Virus record (IMG/VR): IMGVR_UViG_2563366887_000003
Origin: a virus
Taxonomy: Duplodnaviria > Heunggongvirae > Uroviricota > Caudoviricetes
Direction: 5' to 3' (one strand)
Length of the DNA stretch: 22,398 nt
Numbering within the stretch: the stretch's first letter is position 1; every line of letters starts with the position of its first letter. Of the stretch, positions 1-9,256 are shown one piece after another. The notes under the pieces were generated by a model that was given only the letters and a program-made list of their open reading frames with translations, made no database searches and had not been told where the DNA came from. The position numbers and the translations under genes are program-made.

Positions 1-1236
1 CTACGATAACCGCGCATTCAACATGGCTACCTGTTCGTCGTTCATGTCATCAATCCACATACCGTAAATTTCATACACCATCTGCGCAGTTTCATGCCCC
101 ATCTGGCTGGCTATAAACGCCGGGTTCGCTCCTGCCGTCAACAGCCAGCAGGCAAAAGTATGCCGCGTATGGTACGGATTACGGCGGCGAATACCAGCAC
201 GTTTTACTGCTGCATTCCATCTCGCACCCAAACTGCTTACCGAGTAATAAGGTTTCTGTTTTCCGTTACACACTCTGGGCATGAAAACAAAATGCAGTTT
301 TTGCTTTTCGGTTCTGCCGTACTCCCGATGATAAAAAGTGATTTCGCTTTTGCGATGATGCCCGGTCAGTTTGTATTGCTCCTTCAGTGCTTCAAGAGCA
401 GGCTGCAGTAGTGTTACCGTCCGGATCCCCGCATTTGTTTTTGGGGGACCGAACATATCCAGTATCGTCAGGTTTCTTCTGACATTCACAACTCCCTTCT
501 CGAAATCCACATCCTCCCACGCCAGAGCAGCCAGTTCCCCGTGACGAAGCCCGGAGTATACGGCAAATTTCCACAAGTTCTGGCTCTGTCCTTTTTCACT
601 TTCCATTAATGCATTGAATTCTGTTTTAGATAACGGGTCAGGCTTTATTCTGTTTCTCTGTAATTTCTTTACTCCTTCAAATGGTTTGGTTGATATAAAT
701 CCCGACTGATACGCAAAACGTAACAACGAACAGAGCAGGGCGATATAGTTATCAACTGTGCGCACGGTTCTTCCTTTTTTGTTGGATCTTGGATTATCCA
801 GGTAAAGCGTTTCTCCATGCAGCAGTTCATTCCGGTAGTTTAAGATATCGCTATAACGAATATGCGATATCGGAGTACTCTCACAAATTATTATCCTGAG
901 TGTTTTTAATTGTGATTTCGTTTTCTTCATTGTGTTTGTTGTTAACTCTGTTTCTTTAATTTTTGTCCAGATATCACAAAGCTCCCCGAACGTTTTTATG
1001 ACCCTCGTTGTCACCATTTTTGCCCCAGTGCTGGACTGGGGAAAACGTCTTAAATACTCAAACTCACCGGAATTGATTTCATGAACTATCAACGCTCTTA
1101 AATTCCCGGCTTTTTTAATGTTACTGTTAGTAACCTCCCAGCCTTTCAATGTTTCCCGACATCGTTTTCCTCGAAACATGAACCAGATGCGAATGTATTT
1201 ACCTCGAATCTCGACACCTGTTGGTAATTTAGACAT
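1..1236 (-). CDS. intR: Phage tyrosine integrase, Rac IntR-like (411 aa)
   Basis: Full-length minus-strand ORF; ATG at 1234-1236, stop at 1-3. N-terminal sequence MSKLPTGVEIRGKYIRIWFMFRGKRCRETLKGWEV and C-terminal HxxR...Y region match my recollection of Rac/lambdoid integrases. Sits directly beside an excisionase-like gene. Confidence 0.9.
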   Translation of the reverse strand: MSKLPTGVEIRGKYIRIWFMFRGKRCRETLKGWEVTNSNIKKAGNLRALIVHEINSGEFEYLRRFPQSSTGAKMVTTRVIKTFGELCDIWTKIKETELTTNTMKKTKSQLKTLRIIICESTPISHIRYSDILNYRNELLHGETLYLDNPRSNKKGRTVRTVDNYIALLCSLLRFAYQSGFISTKPFEGVKKLQRNRIKPDPLSKTEFNALMESEKGQSQNLWKFAVYSGLRHGELAALAWEDVDFEKGVVNVRRNLTILDMFGPPKTNAGIRTVTLLQPALEALKEQYKLTGHHRKSEITFYHREYGRTEKQKLHFVFMPRVCNGKQKPYYSVSSLGARWNAAVKRAGIRRRNPYHTRHTFACWLLTAGANPAFIASQMGHETAQMVYEIYGMWIDDMNDEQVAMLNARLS

Positions 1237-1237
1237 A

Positions 1238-1453
1238 TCATGAGTCTTTGATAAACTGATTTATCTTTGGATAGTTATACCAGATAATCCCTCGCTTACT
1301 GTCTGGCTTCCCTAAAGGAGATACTCGTTTGAAGTGGAAGCCTTCCACCCAACAGTTCTGGCGGTATGCTTCAATTTGTCTGGCCCCCAGACCAGTGCGA
1401 AGCATCAGGCCGTATTCAACCATCCACTCTTCATTAAAGATTACTTGTGCCAT
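1238..1453 (-). CDS. xisR: Excisionase-like small DNA-binding protein (71 aa, XisR/YdaQ-like)
   Basis: ATG at 1451-1453 preceded by GAGGTGA Shine-Dalgarno; stop TGA lies 1 nt from the int start codon. The 79-aa track ORF starts at an upstream TTG, so I trimmed it to the ATG. Position next to int is typical for xis. Confidence 0.7.
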   Translation of the reverse strand: MAQVIFNEEWMVEYGLMLRTGLGARQIEAYRQNCWVEGFHFKRVSPLGKPDSKRGIIWYNYPKINQFIKDS

Positions 1454-1552
1454 CGCATCACCTCTGGCAGGCGCCAATGTTAGACTTAAATTGACGCCCG
1501 ATGTTGATTATTAATAATCAGCTATGAAGTTTTAATTTGAATACAATGCAAT

Positions 1553-1753
1553 TCACGAGGACTGAAGTTTCTCGCAATTAAAATTTATCAGTTTTACTTT
1601 CTGCTCTCTGGAAACGCCTGCTTCTTTTTTACCTGAGAGCATTTTTTCGCATTCTGATTTCGTTAGTTTAGATTTTGAATATCTTGTCCAGTTAGTAGGA
1701 GTGCCACCTTCCTTTTCAATAGTGGCGGTAATTTTATACATGAACACCTCCAT
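1553..1753 (-). CDS. ydaC: Small Rac protein YdaC-like (about 62-66 aa)
   Basis: ORF MEVFMYKITATIEKEGGTPTNW... matches my memory of Rac YdaC. Start is ambiguous between ATG at 1753 and ATG at 1741, which has a GGAGGTG Shine-Dalgarno just upstream. Confidence 0.55.
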   Translation of the reverse strand: MEVFMYKITATIEKEGGTPTNWTRYSKSKLTKSECEKMLSGKKEAGVSREQKVKLINFNCEKLQSS

Positions 1754-1778
1754 TATTATTTCCAGTGGTTCGTTTATT

Positions 1779-1928
1779 TCATCGTTCGAGTGCTTCTTTT
1801 TCACTTCCACCATAACCGGTTCGGGATTCGCATCCGTTACACTTCGCTCGGTAATATCCTGAAATGGCTTTCACCGTTACTGATGGACAACCACAAAATG
1901 GACATGGTTTAACATTGTCATATCTCAT
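1779..1928 (-). CDS. ralR: Restriction-alleviation protein RalR/Lar, truncated to 49 aa by a premature TGA
   Basis: Minus-strand translation MRYDNVKPCPFCGCPSVTVKAISGYYRAKCNGCESRTGYGGSEKEALER then TGA. The next 14 in-frame codons (NKRTTGNNNGGVHV, then TAA) reproduce the C-terminus of the 64-aa K-12 protein as I recall it, so codon 50 is TGA where TGG (Trp) is expected. Confidence 0.7.
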   Translation of the reverse strand: MRYDNVKPCPFCGCPSVTVKAISGYYRAKCNGCESRTGYGGSEKEALER

Positions 1929-1983
1929 AATTTTTCTCATAAAAATATTTCAAGTTGGCGGTGCATTACACCGCCAGGCTGAA

Positions 1984-2792
1984 TTATTCCTCTGAATTAT
2001 CGATTACACTGTATTCCCCGGTTAATACAGAGGAATCTGCAGGATCGATTGTCAGTGGTTCCTTTTCATCCATTGATACTGCACGCTGGATCTCAATTGA
2101 TACGGGCAGATATTTGAACAGGCGACGAATAGCCGTTTTCTTTGCCATTTCTTCCCAGTGAGTTACCCACGGCCCGTTATTACCAGCTTTACTCTGGCTG
2201 CGCACCAGCTCAATCTGTTTGCGCGTCATAACTTCAAACTGAGTACCTCCGTCTTTCAGTCTTGCGACAGCATAGACGTGGGTAACAGGGGCATCTTCGT
2301 TTTCTCCTGGGCGGTGTATTAACTTTTCATCAAGGCCAAATTCGAAATTAAACTCGTCACCTTCACGGACAACACGGGCTGACAGGCTGGCGATTTGACC
2401 TGAACGGCGAGCCAGATCAATCATGCCGCGATAGCCAATGATTAGCTGAACGTTTTTTTACCGCTCTTTTCGTTTTTATTACCAAAAGGCAGTAAATATG
2501 CATGACCGAGGGCGCTACCGGGCTCAAGTCCGAGCTGTGAACACTGTACGATTGCACTGACAAAACTCATAGTGTCACAGTTTCCTAACGCCGGAACTTT
2601 ACGAATTTCTGTGGTGGCGATACGGATCATACGTTCAGCCGTCATATGGCGTGGAAGAGCTGCTGCCAGTTGCTCTTTCATTGATGGCTGGTTAATAAAA
2701 CTAATCACGTCGTTATTTTTAATTGCTGCTGGTGCACGGTTTCCCTGAGTTTTTTGCAGATCGGCTTTTGCGATTGGTGGTTGCTTAGTCAT
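1984..2792 (-). pseudogene. recT: recT (RecT single-strand annealing recombinase) disrupted by a -1 frameshift in a homopolymer
   Basis: Two adjacent minus-strand ORFs (2442..2849 and 1984..2424) together give exactly the 269-aa RecT sequence if one A is added to the A7 run (plus-strand T7 at 2453-2459). The N-terminal fragment ends ...NEKSGKKTFS*; the downstream frame continues NVQLIIGYRGMIDLARR... Confidence 0.85.
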
Positions 2793-5385
2793 TTGCATAT
2801 TCCTTAGCCCAGCGGGGCAGTGATAACGTCTTAATAGCTGGCCATTCATCGGTATTGAGGCAGTCAGCCAGGGTTCGCAGATTGCGGTGATATTCCAGCT
2901 GACCTGCCAGTTTTGCTTCTTCGCCCATCATGAAAATTTCAACCGGATAACGTCCGCATTCAATAGTTGTGCTGGCAACCAGAAAAACGAAAGTTGGCTG
3001 CACTCCAAACTGTGCTTCATAACCGTCACTGTAGAATGCATCCTGAACGTGATAGCGGTAGTCGTAATAAGCGGTTTTGAATCGTTGAATATCCGCCGTA
3101 GTTTTCACGTCCATGATCCAGTGAAATTCAGGGATAATTTTGTCCGGACGGCACCGACACAAAATTGCTGTTTCAGGATCTTCCCAGTAAATTGATGATT
3201 CAGCGTGTCCGGCGCTTTCAACAAGCCATTGCCCCAGCGGCAAAGCCATAACGCTCTGATACATGAGTTCAATTTTCCGGCCTTCTTCGGCAGTGATAAC
3301 CGTTTTTCCTGTGCTTGCGCATTCCCTCAGAAACGCTTTCTCTTCTTCTTTTCCGGAGTTTGTCCGGCGGTTAAATTCAGGTGCTACGATAAAGCGGTTA
3401 CTGAATTCTTCCGGCTCAAGTACCCGGCAGTGGAAAGCGGTTCCTAAATCGAGCGTTTTTGTCTTTGTGGTGTCCACGGGGGCATTTTTACGCCACAAAT
3501 ACAGTGCCGGAGTATCAGCAATGTCATCGAGCTGAGACTTACTGACACCGGGACCCGCGTGGTAATTCTCATTCGAAATTCCGTAATAAATACCTGGCTC
3601 TATGTCTTCTACGATTACGGGATCTGCGACTTCGCCAGTTTCATCACTGCAATCGCGATGCGGATCGCTGCCAGCATTCTCATTGTGCGGATGTTCAGCG
3701 CCTTCCATTTCCTCCGGATCATTTTCCTTAGCTTCAACCTGACTCTCTTCATCGAATGTTTCCTGGTATGTTGCGTCGCCCATCACCGCACCACAGTCAG
3801 GGCAGTTATCCCCGCCAGTCTGGCCGCAGGCATTGCAGGCTATTTCCGGTTCCTGTTGCACTACTGGCTCAGGTTGATTCATATCCGGGCTGGTTTTTTC
3901 CGTTTCTGGCTGGTTCTGGTACACACAATCGCGAGTCTGGATCCCCTTTACCCATTTCGGATCGTTCGGGTCGCTAATTCCGTCAACAAATTCACCACGT
4001 GATGCAGCAAGCAATTTATCGGCATCGACAGGATTTTTTGATGGAATGTTTTTCCGGGCTTCATGGAGTTCTGCCCGCAGTTCCTGATATTTCGCATCAA
4101 CAGAATTTACCTGTGACTGAGCATCCAGCGGCTGCGTGTCCTGATGATGTTCAGTTGCGTCCGGTTCCATTGTTTCAGCCTCTCCCTGTTCAACTGCCGT
4201 TGTTCCAGATGGTTGCGGTTTTTCTTCATCATCCTGTTTTCCTTCTTCTGTTACTCGCTGCGGCATCGGGGCAGAGGAGCGACCGCAGGCAATATCCACG
4301 ATTTCCGGATCAGGGTTGGCATGATCGGTTTCAGTCAGTACTTTGTTCAGATATTCAGTGACGTGCGCGGGGATGACCTCGATCCCAATTGGTGCTTCTT
4401 TTACGGACGCAACCACGATGGCGCGGGAATAATCCAGCCCGCCAGGCATGGTGATGAATTTGTCGCGGAAAACAGAAAAGGGCGGTTTATTTTCAGCGAT
4501 AATTTCCTCAATGCGTTTAGCGTGTGCCGGATGAAGGTTATAGATGTCCAGATCCATTGAACGGGCCAGTACGCCAGTGGCTACGTCCCGCGCCAGTGAC
4601 GTCAGATCGTGTACGAAACCTTCGCCGCGATCGGTGAGGTTTCCGCCGCCAGCATTAGCACCGGAAGCCGTGCGAGTGATGTGTGAAACACGATTACCCT
4701 TCATCCACTCTTTTGTCAGCAGTCCTCGATCGGTGTAGTCAGCGTTCAGGTATGCTTCGAAAAAAGCAGTTATCAGTCCCAGGTTTGAATTACCAGGATT
4801 AGGGAAAACTTTGTCAGTGTCACGAACCAGTTTGTGGAGTTCGCGAATTTCCAGCGGGTCGAGCAGGCTGGTTTTGTGGGAAACAGCCAGGGCAGTAACA
4901 GCCGGTAGTTCTTCAGCCCGAGCAATGTGTAATGCCTGGAGTCCGTCGCGTGAAACGTGCGTTACCGGTTTTTCGCTGCCGTGTTGAGCAAGCCAACGAA
5001 TGGGCAGTTCCTGGCCAGAAATTGGGAGTAGCATATTCTCCTCAATCTCAGTCATGTCTTCGCCGTTGACGTTGGTATTGCCTTGATAGTGAGCGTTGTC
5101 TGGTGCTGCTCCCGGTTTTAGTTCCCATGTCATGGAGTCTTTGCTGAGTTGATAGCGTTCACTCCAGGTAAAATCGATCTCACCTTCAGCGGGCAGGTCA
5201 TTAACGACAGGAAAATTCGTGGCAACAGCTTTAAAATAGCTGCTCAGTTTTTTACCTGACTTAACGATCAGGTAGTCCAGAGTGGCACAGGTCGATTCAA
5301 AATCGTTGCTTGCCCACAGGACGACGTCAGGTTCACCGGATGATTTTTTCGCTTTCCGTAACAGGAAGAGTGGTTTTGTGCTCAT
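2785..5385 (-). CDS. recE: Exodeoxyribonuclease VIII RecE (866 aa), intact
   Basis: Uninterrupted 866-aa minus-strand ORF, the same length as K-12 RecE; recognisable acidic central region and C-terminal nuclease region. Its stop overlaps the recT start by 8 nt. Confidence 0.9.
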   Translation of the reverse strand: MSTKPLFLLRKAKKSSGEPDVVLWASNDFESTCATLDYLIVKSGKKLSSYFKAVATNFPVVNDLPAEGEIDFTWSERYQLSKDSMTWELKPGAAPDNAHYQGNTNVNGEDMTEIEENMLLPISGQELPIRWLAQHGSEKPVTHVSRDGLQALHIARAEELPAVTALAVSHKTSLLDPLEIRELHKLVRDTDKVFPNPGNSNLGLITAFFEAYLNADYTDRGLLTKEWMKGNRVSHITRTASGANAGGGNLTDRGEGFVHDLTSLARDVATGVLARSMDLDIYNLHPAHAKRIEEIIAENKPPFSVFRDKFITMPGGLDYSRAIVVASVKEAPIGIEVIPAHVTEYLNKVLTETDHANPDPEIVDIACGRSSAPMPQRVTEEGKQDDEEKPQPSGTTAVEQGEAETMEPDATEHHQDTQPLDAQSQVNSVDAKYQELRAELHEARKNIPSKNPVDADKLLAASRGEFVDGISDPNDPKWVKGIQTRDCVYQNQPETEKTSPDMNQPEPVVQQEPEIACNACGQTGGDNCPDCGAVMGDATYQETFDEESQVEAKENDPEEMEGAEHPHNENAGSDPHRDCSDETGEVADPVIVEDIEPGIYYGISNENYHAGPGVSKSQLDDIADTPALYLWRKNAPVDTTKTKTLDLGTAFHCRVLEPEEFSNRFIVAPEFNRRTNSGKEEEKAFLRECASTGKTVITAEEGRKIELMYQSVMALPLGQWLVESAGHAESSIYWEDPETAILCRCRPDKIIPEFHWIMDVKTTADIQRFKTAYYDYRYHVQDAFYSDGYEAQFGVQPTFVFLVASTTIECGRYPVEIFMMGEEAKLAGQLEYHRNLRTLADCLNTDEWPAIKTLSLPRWAKEYAND

Positions 5386-5457
5386 TGTTTTTTAACCTCA
5401 ACTCAGATTAAAATTCGTTTTGTTCAGTGAATGATCTTGCCGGATACACACTGTTCA

Positions 5458-5480
5458 TAGCCTGCGCCATACGCAGGCTA
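5458..5480 (+). other. Perfect 9-bp stem-loop in the racC-recE intergenic region
   Basis: tagcctgcg-ccata-cgcaggcta followed by tttctttc on the plus strand, i.e. oriented as a terminator for antisense (plus-strand) transcription. On the coding (minus) strand no U-run follows it. Confidence 0.3.
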
Positions 5481-5486
5481 TTTCTT

Positions 5487-5762
5487 TCAGATTTCACCTT
5501 TTAATTTCATTGCAATTAGAGTTGCCAGAAATTCGGCTTTTTTTTCTGCGGGCAGATTCTTTCCGATATGCACCAGGCACATTTTTTTGACACCTTCATC
5601 AAGTGTTTTTACGTTGCCTGATGGACCATCGATATCAACCACAGTGAATGGGGTTTCTTTATTTTCTGTTTTAATTACGTAGCCAATGCGCTTTCCTTCC
5701 AGATTCACCTCGTGAACAATGTCATCGGTAGTTACAACAGTGGCTTCATAATTGGTAATCAT
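5487..5762 (-). CDS. racC: RacC (91 aa)
   Basis: MITNYEATVVTTDDIVHEVNLEGKRIGYVIKTENKETPF... matches my recollection of Rac RacC. ATG at 5760-5762 is preceded by AAGGAG; the 107-aa track ORF has no Shine-Dalgarno at its upstream start. Confidence 0.8.
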   Translation of the reverse strand: MITNYEATVVTTDDIVHEVNLEGKRIGYVIKTENKETPFTVVDIDGPSGNVKTLDEGVKKMCLVHIGKNLPAEKKAEFLATLIAMKLKGEI

Positions 5763-5836
5763 GTTTTTCTCCTTAATTAAGGTTGAGCGAATACCTGCCA
5801 TTTCTGGCATAAATTCAGTTTCGAATAGTCAATTAA

Positions 5837-6007
5837 TTAAAGTTCATGTGCCATCTGGTCTTTTTCGGCACAAGCTTCACTGCAATATTTTCTCGGTTCG
5901 TCTTTTGATAAAATCCCGTGCATGAAGTGAAGCATTCTTTCAATAGCTTTGCTTTCTTCAACGTCTTTTTTGCAAAGGTGGTAAGCACATTTTATTTTCT
6001 TAGTCAT
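5837..6007 (-). CDS. ydaE: YdaE-like small Cys/His-rich protein (56 aa)
   Basis: Below the track's size cutoff; my translation is [56 protein letters not shown]. Its start codon overlaps the kilR stop (TGATGA). Confidence 0.75.
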   Translation of the reverse strand: MTKKIKCAYHLCKKDVEESKAIERMLHFMHGILSKDEPRKYCSEACAEKDQMAHEL

Positions 6008-6228
6008 CACCATGACTCCGCCTTTACAGGTAAACCATCACGACCGAGGAAGACTTTAATCATGCGGTCAGTAATGCATGTTTTTGTGGTCAGGTTACGA
6101 ATATATAGTTTTCGCTTTTTAATATTGTTTGCCGAGGCAATATATGTCCGGCCTTCATGAAGAACATAATCGCCAGGAGTCACACACTGACGTGGTATTT
6201 CATCAGTTCCGAAGTGATGTGCAATCAT
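6007..6228 (-). CDS. kilR: KilR, FtsZ-targeting cell-division inhibitor (73 aa)
   Basis: [46 protein letters not shown]... matches my recollection of Rac KilR. ATG at 6226-6228 has a GGAGA Shine-Dalgarno; the track ORF starts 4 codons upstream. Confidence 0.85.
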   Translation of the reverse strand: MIAHHFGTDEIPRQCVTPGDYVLHEGRTYIASANNIKKRKLYIRNLTTKTCITDRMIKVFLGRDGLPVKAESW

Positions 6229-6669
6229 AATTATCTCCATTTTTACAAATGAACTTTGTTGATGCGGTGCCTGGTGCCTCCAGGTGACTGCAACCAGTTA
6301 ACAATTACAGTCGGCTTTCCCACCCAAACCAATAAGGACTAACATGACTTTTAACTGTGCCACGTGCGCTTAGCCGCATTCACCGCATCACAAAATTCAC
6401 TTTAAAAAGGGCGGACATCAGCCGAACTTCAAGAAAAAAACTGATGCCGCCAGGACTACACACAGCAATGTCGTTATTTACAACCGGAGGCGCACTCCCA
6501 CCATTTAAATTTAACAGACAAGACCGACTCTTTATGGATACCGGAAATGCGCCTTCGTGTTGTGCCCGGTTTTATTTCACCACCTCCGGGCTTCGGTGGT
6601 CTCGGCTATACCCCTACAGCGAGAGCTTGTGTTAACATTTCAATACCCTTACAGTTGAGAGTTATTGAT

Positions 6670-7158
6670 ATGTTGGATGTATTTACTCCATTGTTGAAAC
6701 TTTTTGCTAACGAGCCACTCGAAATACTTATGTATACGATTATCATTTTTGGTCTCACTCTCTGGCTGATACCGAAAGAGTTTACTGTCGCATTCAATGC
6801 TTATACTGAAATACCTTGGCTCTTTCAGATTATCGTTTTTGCCTTTTCTTTCGTGGTCGCCATTTCCTTCTCAAGATTGCGAGCACATATTCAAAAGCAT
6901 TATTCATTACTACCAGAGCAACGAGTATTGCTTCGTTTATCTGAGAAAGAAATCGCTGTATTTAAAGATTTCCTTAAAACAGGAAATCTTATTATCACTT
7001 CTCCTTGCCGTAACCCGGTTATGAAAAAATTAGAACGGAAGGGCATCATTCAACATCAGAGTGATAGCGCAAACTGTTCTTATTATCTCGTCACCGAAAA
7101 ATACTCCCATTTTATGAAGTTATTCTGGAACAGCAGGAGTAGACGTTTTAATCGTTAG
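6670..7158 (+). CDS. sieB: Superinfection exclusion protein SieB (162 aa)
   Basis: MLDVFTPLLKLFANEPLEILMYTIIIFGLTLWLIPKEF... with hydrophobic N-terminal segments; matches my recollection of Rac SieB. The track ORF begins upstream at a non-ATG position. Confidence 0.85.
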   Translation: MLDVFTPLLKLFANEPLEILMYTIIIFGLTLWLIPKEFTVAFNAYTEIPWLFQIIVFAFSFVVAISFSRLRAHIQKHYSLLPEQRVLLRLSEKEIAVFKDFLKTGNLIITSPCRNPVMKKLERKGIIQHQSDSANCSYYLVTEKYSHFMKLFWNSRSRRFNR

Positions 7159-7310
7159 CTTACTGTGTGCTTCTCCAACCATCGGCGCGCACCAGTTTCG
7201 GTTTTAAATGTTTTGCTTTTGGTATACGTCATGGCAGTGAACGTTCCATCCTGGTTGGGGAACACGCCGCACACCAGGGATTCGTTGTTGCCGAGGTCGA
7301 TTTTTTGCAT
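7155..7310 (-). CDS. ydaF: YdaF-like small protein (51 aa)
   Basis: Below the track cutoff; my translation is MQKIDLGNNESLVCGVFPNQDGTFTAMTYTKSKTFKTETGARRWLEKHTVS. Overlaps sieB tail-to-tail by 4 nt. Confidence 0.7.
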   Translation of the reverse strand: MQKIDLGNNESLVCGVFPNQDGTFTAMTYTKSKTFKTETGARRWLEKHTVS

Positions 7311-7320
7311 TTTGCGAATC

Positions 7321-7455
7321 TCACATCTTGTTGCTGTGTATAGCGACTTCTGCCTGCCAGAGATCCCAGTCGTTGCTGCGTAAAGCCTGCACAGCCTGGT
7401 TGTAAGTGATACCGCAACAATCCATCAAATACTGAACTACTTCGTAATGCACCAT
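7321..7455 (-). CDS. ydaG: YdaG-like small protein (44 aa)
   Basis: Below the track cutoff; my translation is MVHYEVVQYLMDCCGITYNQAVQALRSNDWDLWQAEVAIHSNKM. Confidence 0.7.
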   Translation of the reverse strand: MVHYEVVQYLMDCCGITYNQAVQALRSNDWDLWQAEVAIHSNKM

Positions 7456-7504
7456 CTTATCTCTCCCCTTAACGCCGGGTGACCTAGTTTTACCATCGCT
7501 GCAT

Positions 7505-7648
7505 ATGGCAAACCGCGAACTGCGTCGGGCGAAAAATCATGTCCAGAAGTGGGAGCGAGTCTGCGCCGCGCTGCGGGAGCTGAACAAGCACCGGGATATT
7601 GTCCGACAGATTGTCGATTCCTCCAGTCGTATTGTGTCGGAAAAGTGA
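7505..7648 (+). CDS. Small charged ORF (47 aa), possibly the N-terminal part of a gene split by an in-frame TGA
   Basis: ATG at 7505; translation MANRELRRAKNHVQKWERVCAALRELNKHRDIVRQIVDSSSRIVSEK; no obvious Shine-Dalgarno. It is in the same frame as the 7664 ORF, separated only by TGA (7646-7648) and five codons. Confidence 0.25.
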   Translation: MANRELRRAKNHVQKWERVCAALRELNKHRDIVRQIVDSSSRIVSEK

Positions 7649-7663
7649 TTGCCGGAGGCGCTT

Positions 7664-8080
7664 ATGGCAAAAGTTTTTACACAGGAAGAGCGTGAAAAAA
7701 TTAAGGAGCAGGTTGTTGAGTTGGTACGCCAGAGTGGGCGCGAGACGTTAAGGCAACTGGAGGCCAAGACAGGTGCGACAAGATATCTGATGAGCATTCT
7801 TGCCAGAGAGTTGGTTGCCAGTGGCGATGTATACAACTCTGGCTATGGGTTATTCCCGTCTGAACAGGCTCGTAAGGATTGGAAAAACGCCCGCAAAAAA
7901 CTATCCAGGGCAAAGGTGAAAAAAACGGTTGTGGTTGATCCTGACCTTATCTGGTCATTACCAGACGGAGAAATACGCCGCTATGACAGGCGTCAGAACA
8001 TAATCTGTCGCGAGTGCCGGAAGAGTGAAGTTATGAAACGTGTACTGGCATTTTATCAAGGAAATCTTCGGTATTTATAG
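7664..8080 (+). CDS. Hypothetical protein (138 aa), basic, possibly DNA-binding
   Basis: ATG at 7664 with GGAGG 5 nt upstream (the track ORF starts at TTG 7649). GC content and codon usage look host-like. I cannot assign a family. Confidence 0.55.
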   Translation: MAKVFTQEEREKIKEQVVELVRQSGRETLRQLEAKTGATRYLMSILARELVASGDVYNSGYGLFPSEQARKDWKNARKKLSRAKVKKTVVVDPDLIWSLPDGEIRRYDRRQNIICRECRKSEVMKRVLAFYQGNLRYL

Positions 8081-8218
8081 ACGTTACTAGATCAAAGAGC
8101 ATTAGTTCATATGTAAATTGACATTTTTCTGGCACAGGGGAGAGCTAGCGTGGTTGTCCGCTTTGTGCCAATAGCGGACATTGCTGGCTCATGGTATGTT
8201 AGTTTAAGGAGGCAGGTT

Positions 8219-9241
8219 ATGCCCTGTATTTCGCTGTGGTATAATAGTTGCGCAATTGATACAAGGGAGCGTTACATCGTGAAAATTGTTTTCGAGGTTA
8301 ATGGAAAGAAAGTTCCACTAAAATCTTTAAAATACATAAGCAAAAAAGATCAACTCGAAGTAATGAAAAACTGGTTCTTTGAAAACTTTGAAGATCCGGC
8401 AAATGCTTGTCCGTATGAAAGTAGAGAAGGTGGCTATGCTTACATATATGGCGGGCCGTATGATGCGAGCGAAGAACTACAATCCATCTTCGGTCAATAT
8501 GTTAAATCTGAGTATATTGAGGAATTAGTAGATGAATTACAAACACAATGTTTTGACTGGTCTGGAAACTCAAATAATATAGATGATTGGTACGATGATG
8601 ATATCTACGACGCTGTAACGTCTTCCGGTAATCCGTATTTAAAATTCATTGATAATATCGATAAAATAAAAAAACTTGCAAAAGATAAAACTGAACAACA
8701 GCAAAAAAACCACTTGCTTAGTTTGCTCTACACGAATGTTATTACAGCTTTGGAAACGCTTTATGTTGAGCTATTCATTAATTCTATAGAGAAAGATGAT
8801 GTCTACATAGCCAATTGTATAGAAAAAGGTAAGACTGAATTTAAAGTAAGCAAAGATATTGCTGCGTTGCCTTTCAAGGGTGAACCCATCGAGAAAATTA
8901 GGGGAGAGCTAATCAGGTCAATCAAGGAACACTTGATCAGTGCAAGCTGGCATAGCACTAAAAAGGTAATCGACCGCTATGAAGCTACATTCGATATAAA
9001 AGTACAAAAAGACTGTCCGATAGAAGCTATTGAATTGGCAACCCTCAATCGAAATCACTTAGTGCATCGTGGTGGAAAGGATAAAGAAGGGAACCTCGTA
9101 GTGATTACAGACCAGGATCTTGAAACGCTGATTGAAAATGCATCGAACCTGGCAATTATGCTCTACAACAGTTTAAATGTAGCAACGAATAAAACCACCA
9201 TTTTGCAACCAGATGACAAACCGTTCATTCATGAATTTTAA
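8219..9241 (+). CDS. Hypothetical protein A of an AT-rich two-gene operon (341 aa from ATG 8219, or 320 aa from GTG 8279); C-terminal region carries an R-x4-H motif (RNHLVH) reminiscent of HEPN domains
   Basis: Long ORF with a sharp shift to AT-rich composition from about 8280. ATG 8219 has a perfect TAAGGAGG 6 nt upstream. Alternative GTG 8279 has AAGGGAG upstream and follows an extended -10 (TGgTATAAT at 8237-8245). No family recognised by eye. Confidence 0.7.
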   Translation: MPCISLWYNSCAIDTRERYIVKIVFEVNGKKVPLKSLKYISKKDQLEVMKNWFFENFEDPANACPYESREGGYAYIYGGPYDASEELQSIFGQYVKSEYIEELVDELQTQCFDWSGNSNNIDDWYDDDIYDAVTSSGNPYLKFIDNIDKIKKLAKDKTEQQQKNHLLSLLYTNVITALETLYVELFINSIEKDDVYIANCIEKGKTEFKVSKDIAALPFKGEPIEKIRGELIRSIKEHLISASWHSTKKVIDRYEATFDIKVQKDCPIEAIELATLNRNHLVHRGGKDKEGNLVVITDQDLETLIENASNLAIMLYNSLNVATNKTTILQPDDKPFIHEF

Positions 9242-9256
9242 TAGCGCAGGTCATAC

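Noticed and set aside
94-574. ORFs 94..411 (+) and 392..574 (-) in the track
   Set aside because: Embedded in or antisense to the integrase gene; no ribosome-binding sites and implausible composition.
2887-4738. Series of plus-strand ORFs (102-147 aa) in the track
   Set aside because: All lie antisense within the intact 866-aa recE reading frame and have low-complexity, Cys/Arg/Phe-rich translations; they are shadow ORFs of a GC-biased coding region.
6357-6635. 92-aa plus-strand ORF in the kilR-sieB intergenic region
   Set aside because: No Shine-Dalgarno and Arg/Ser-rich low-complexity translation; more likely promoter/operator DNA. sieB starts at 6670.
7537-7913. Minus-strand ORFs 7537..7836 and 7701..7913
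   Set aside because: Antisense to the better-supported plus-strand genes (7505..7648 and 7664..8080); Ser/Arg/Cys-rich translation typical of antisense frames.
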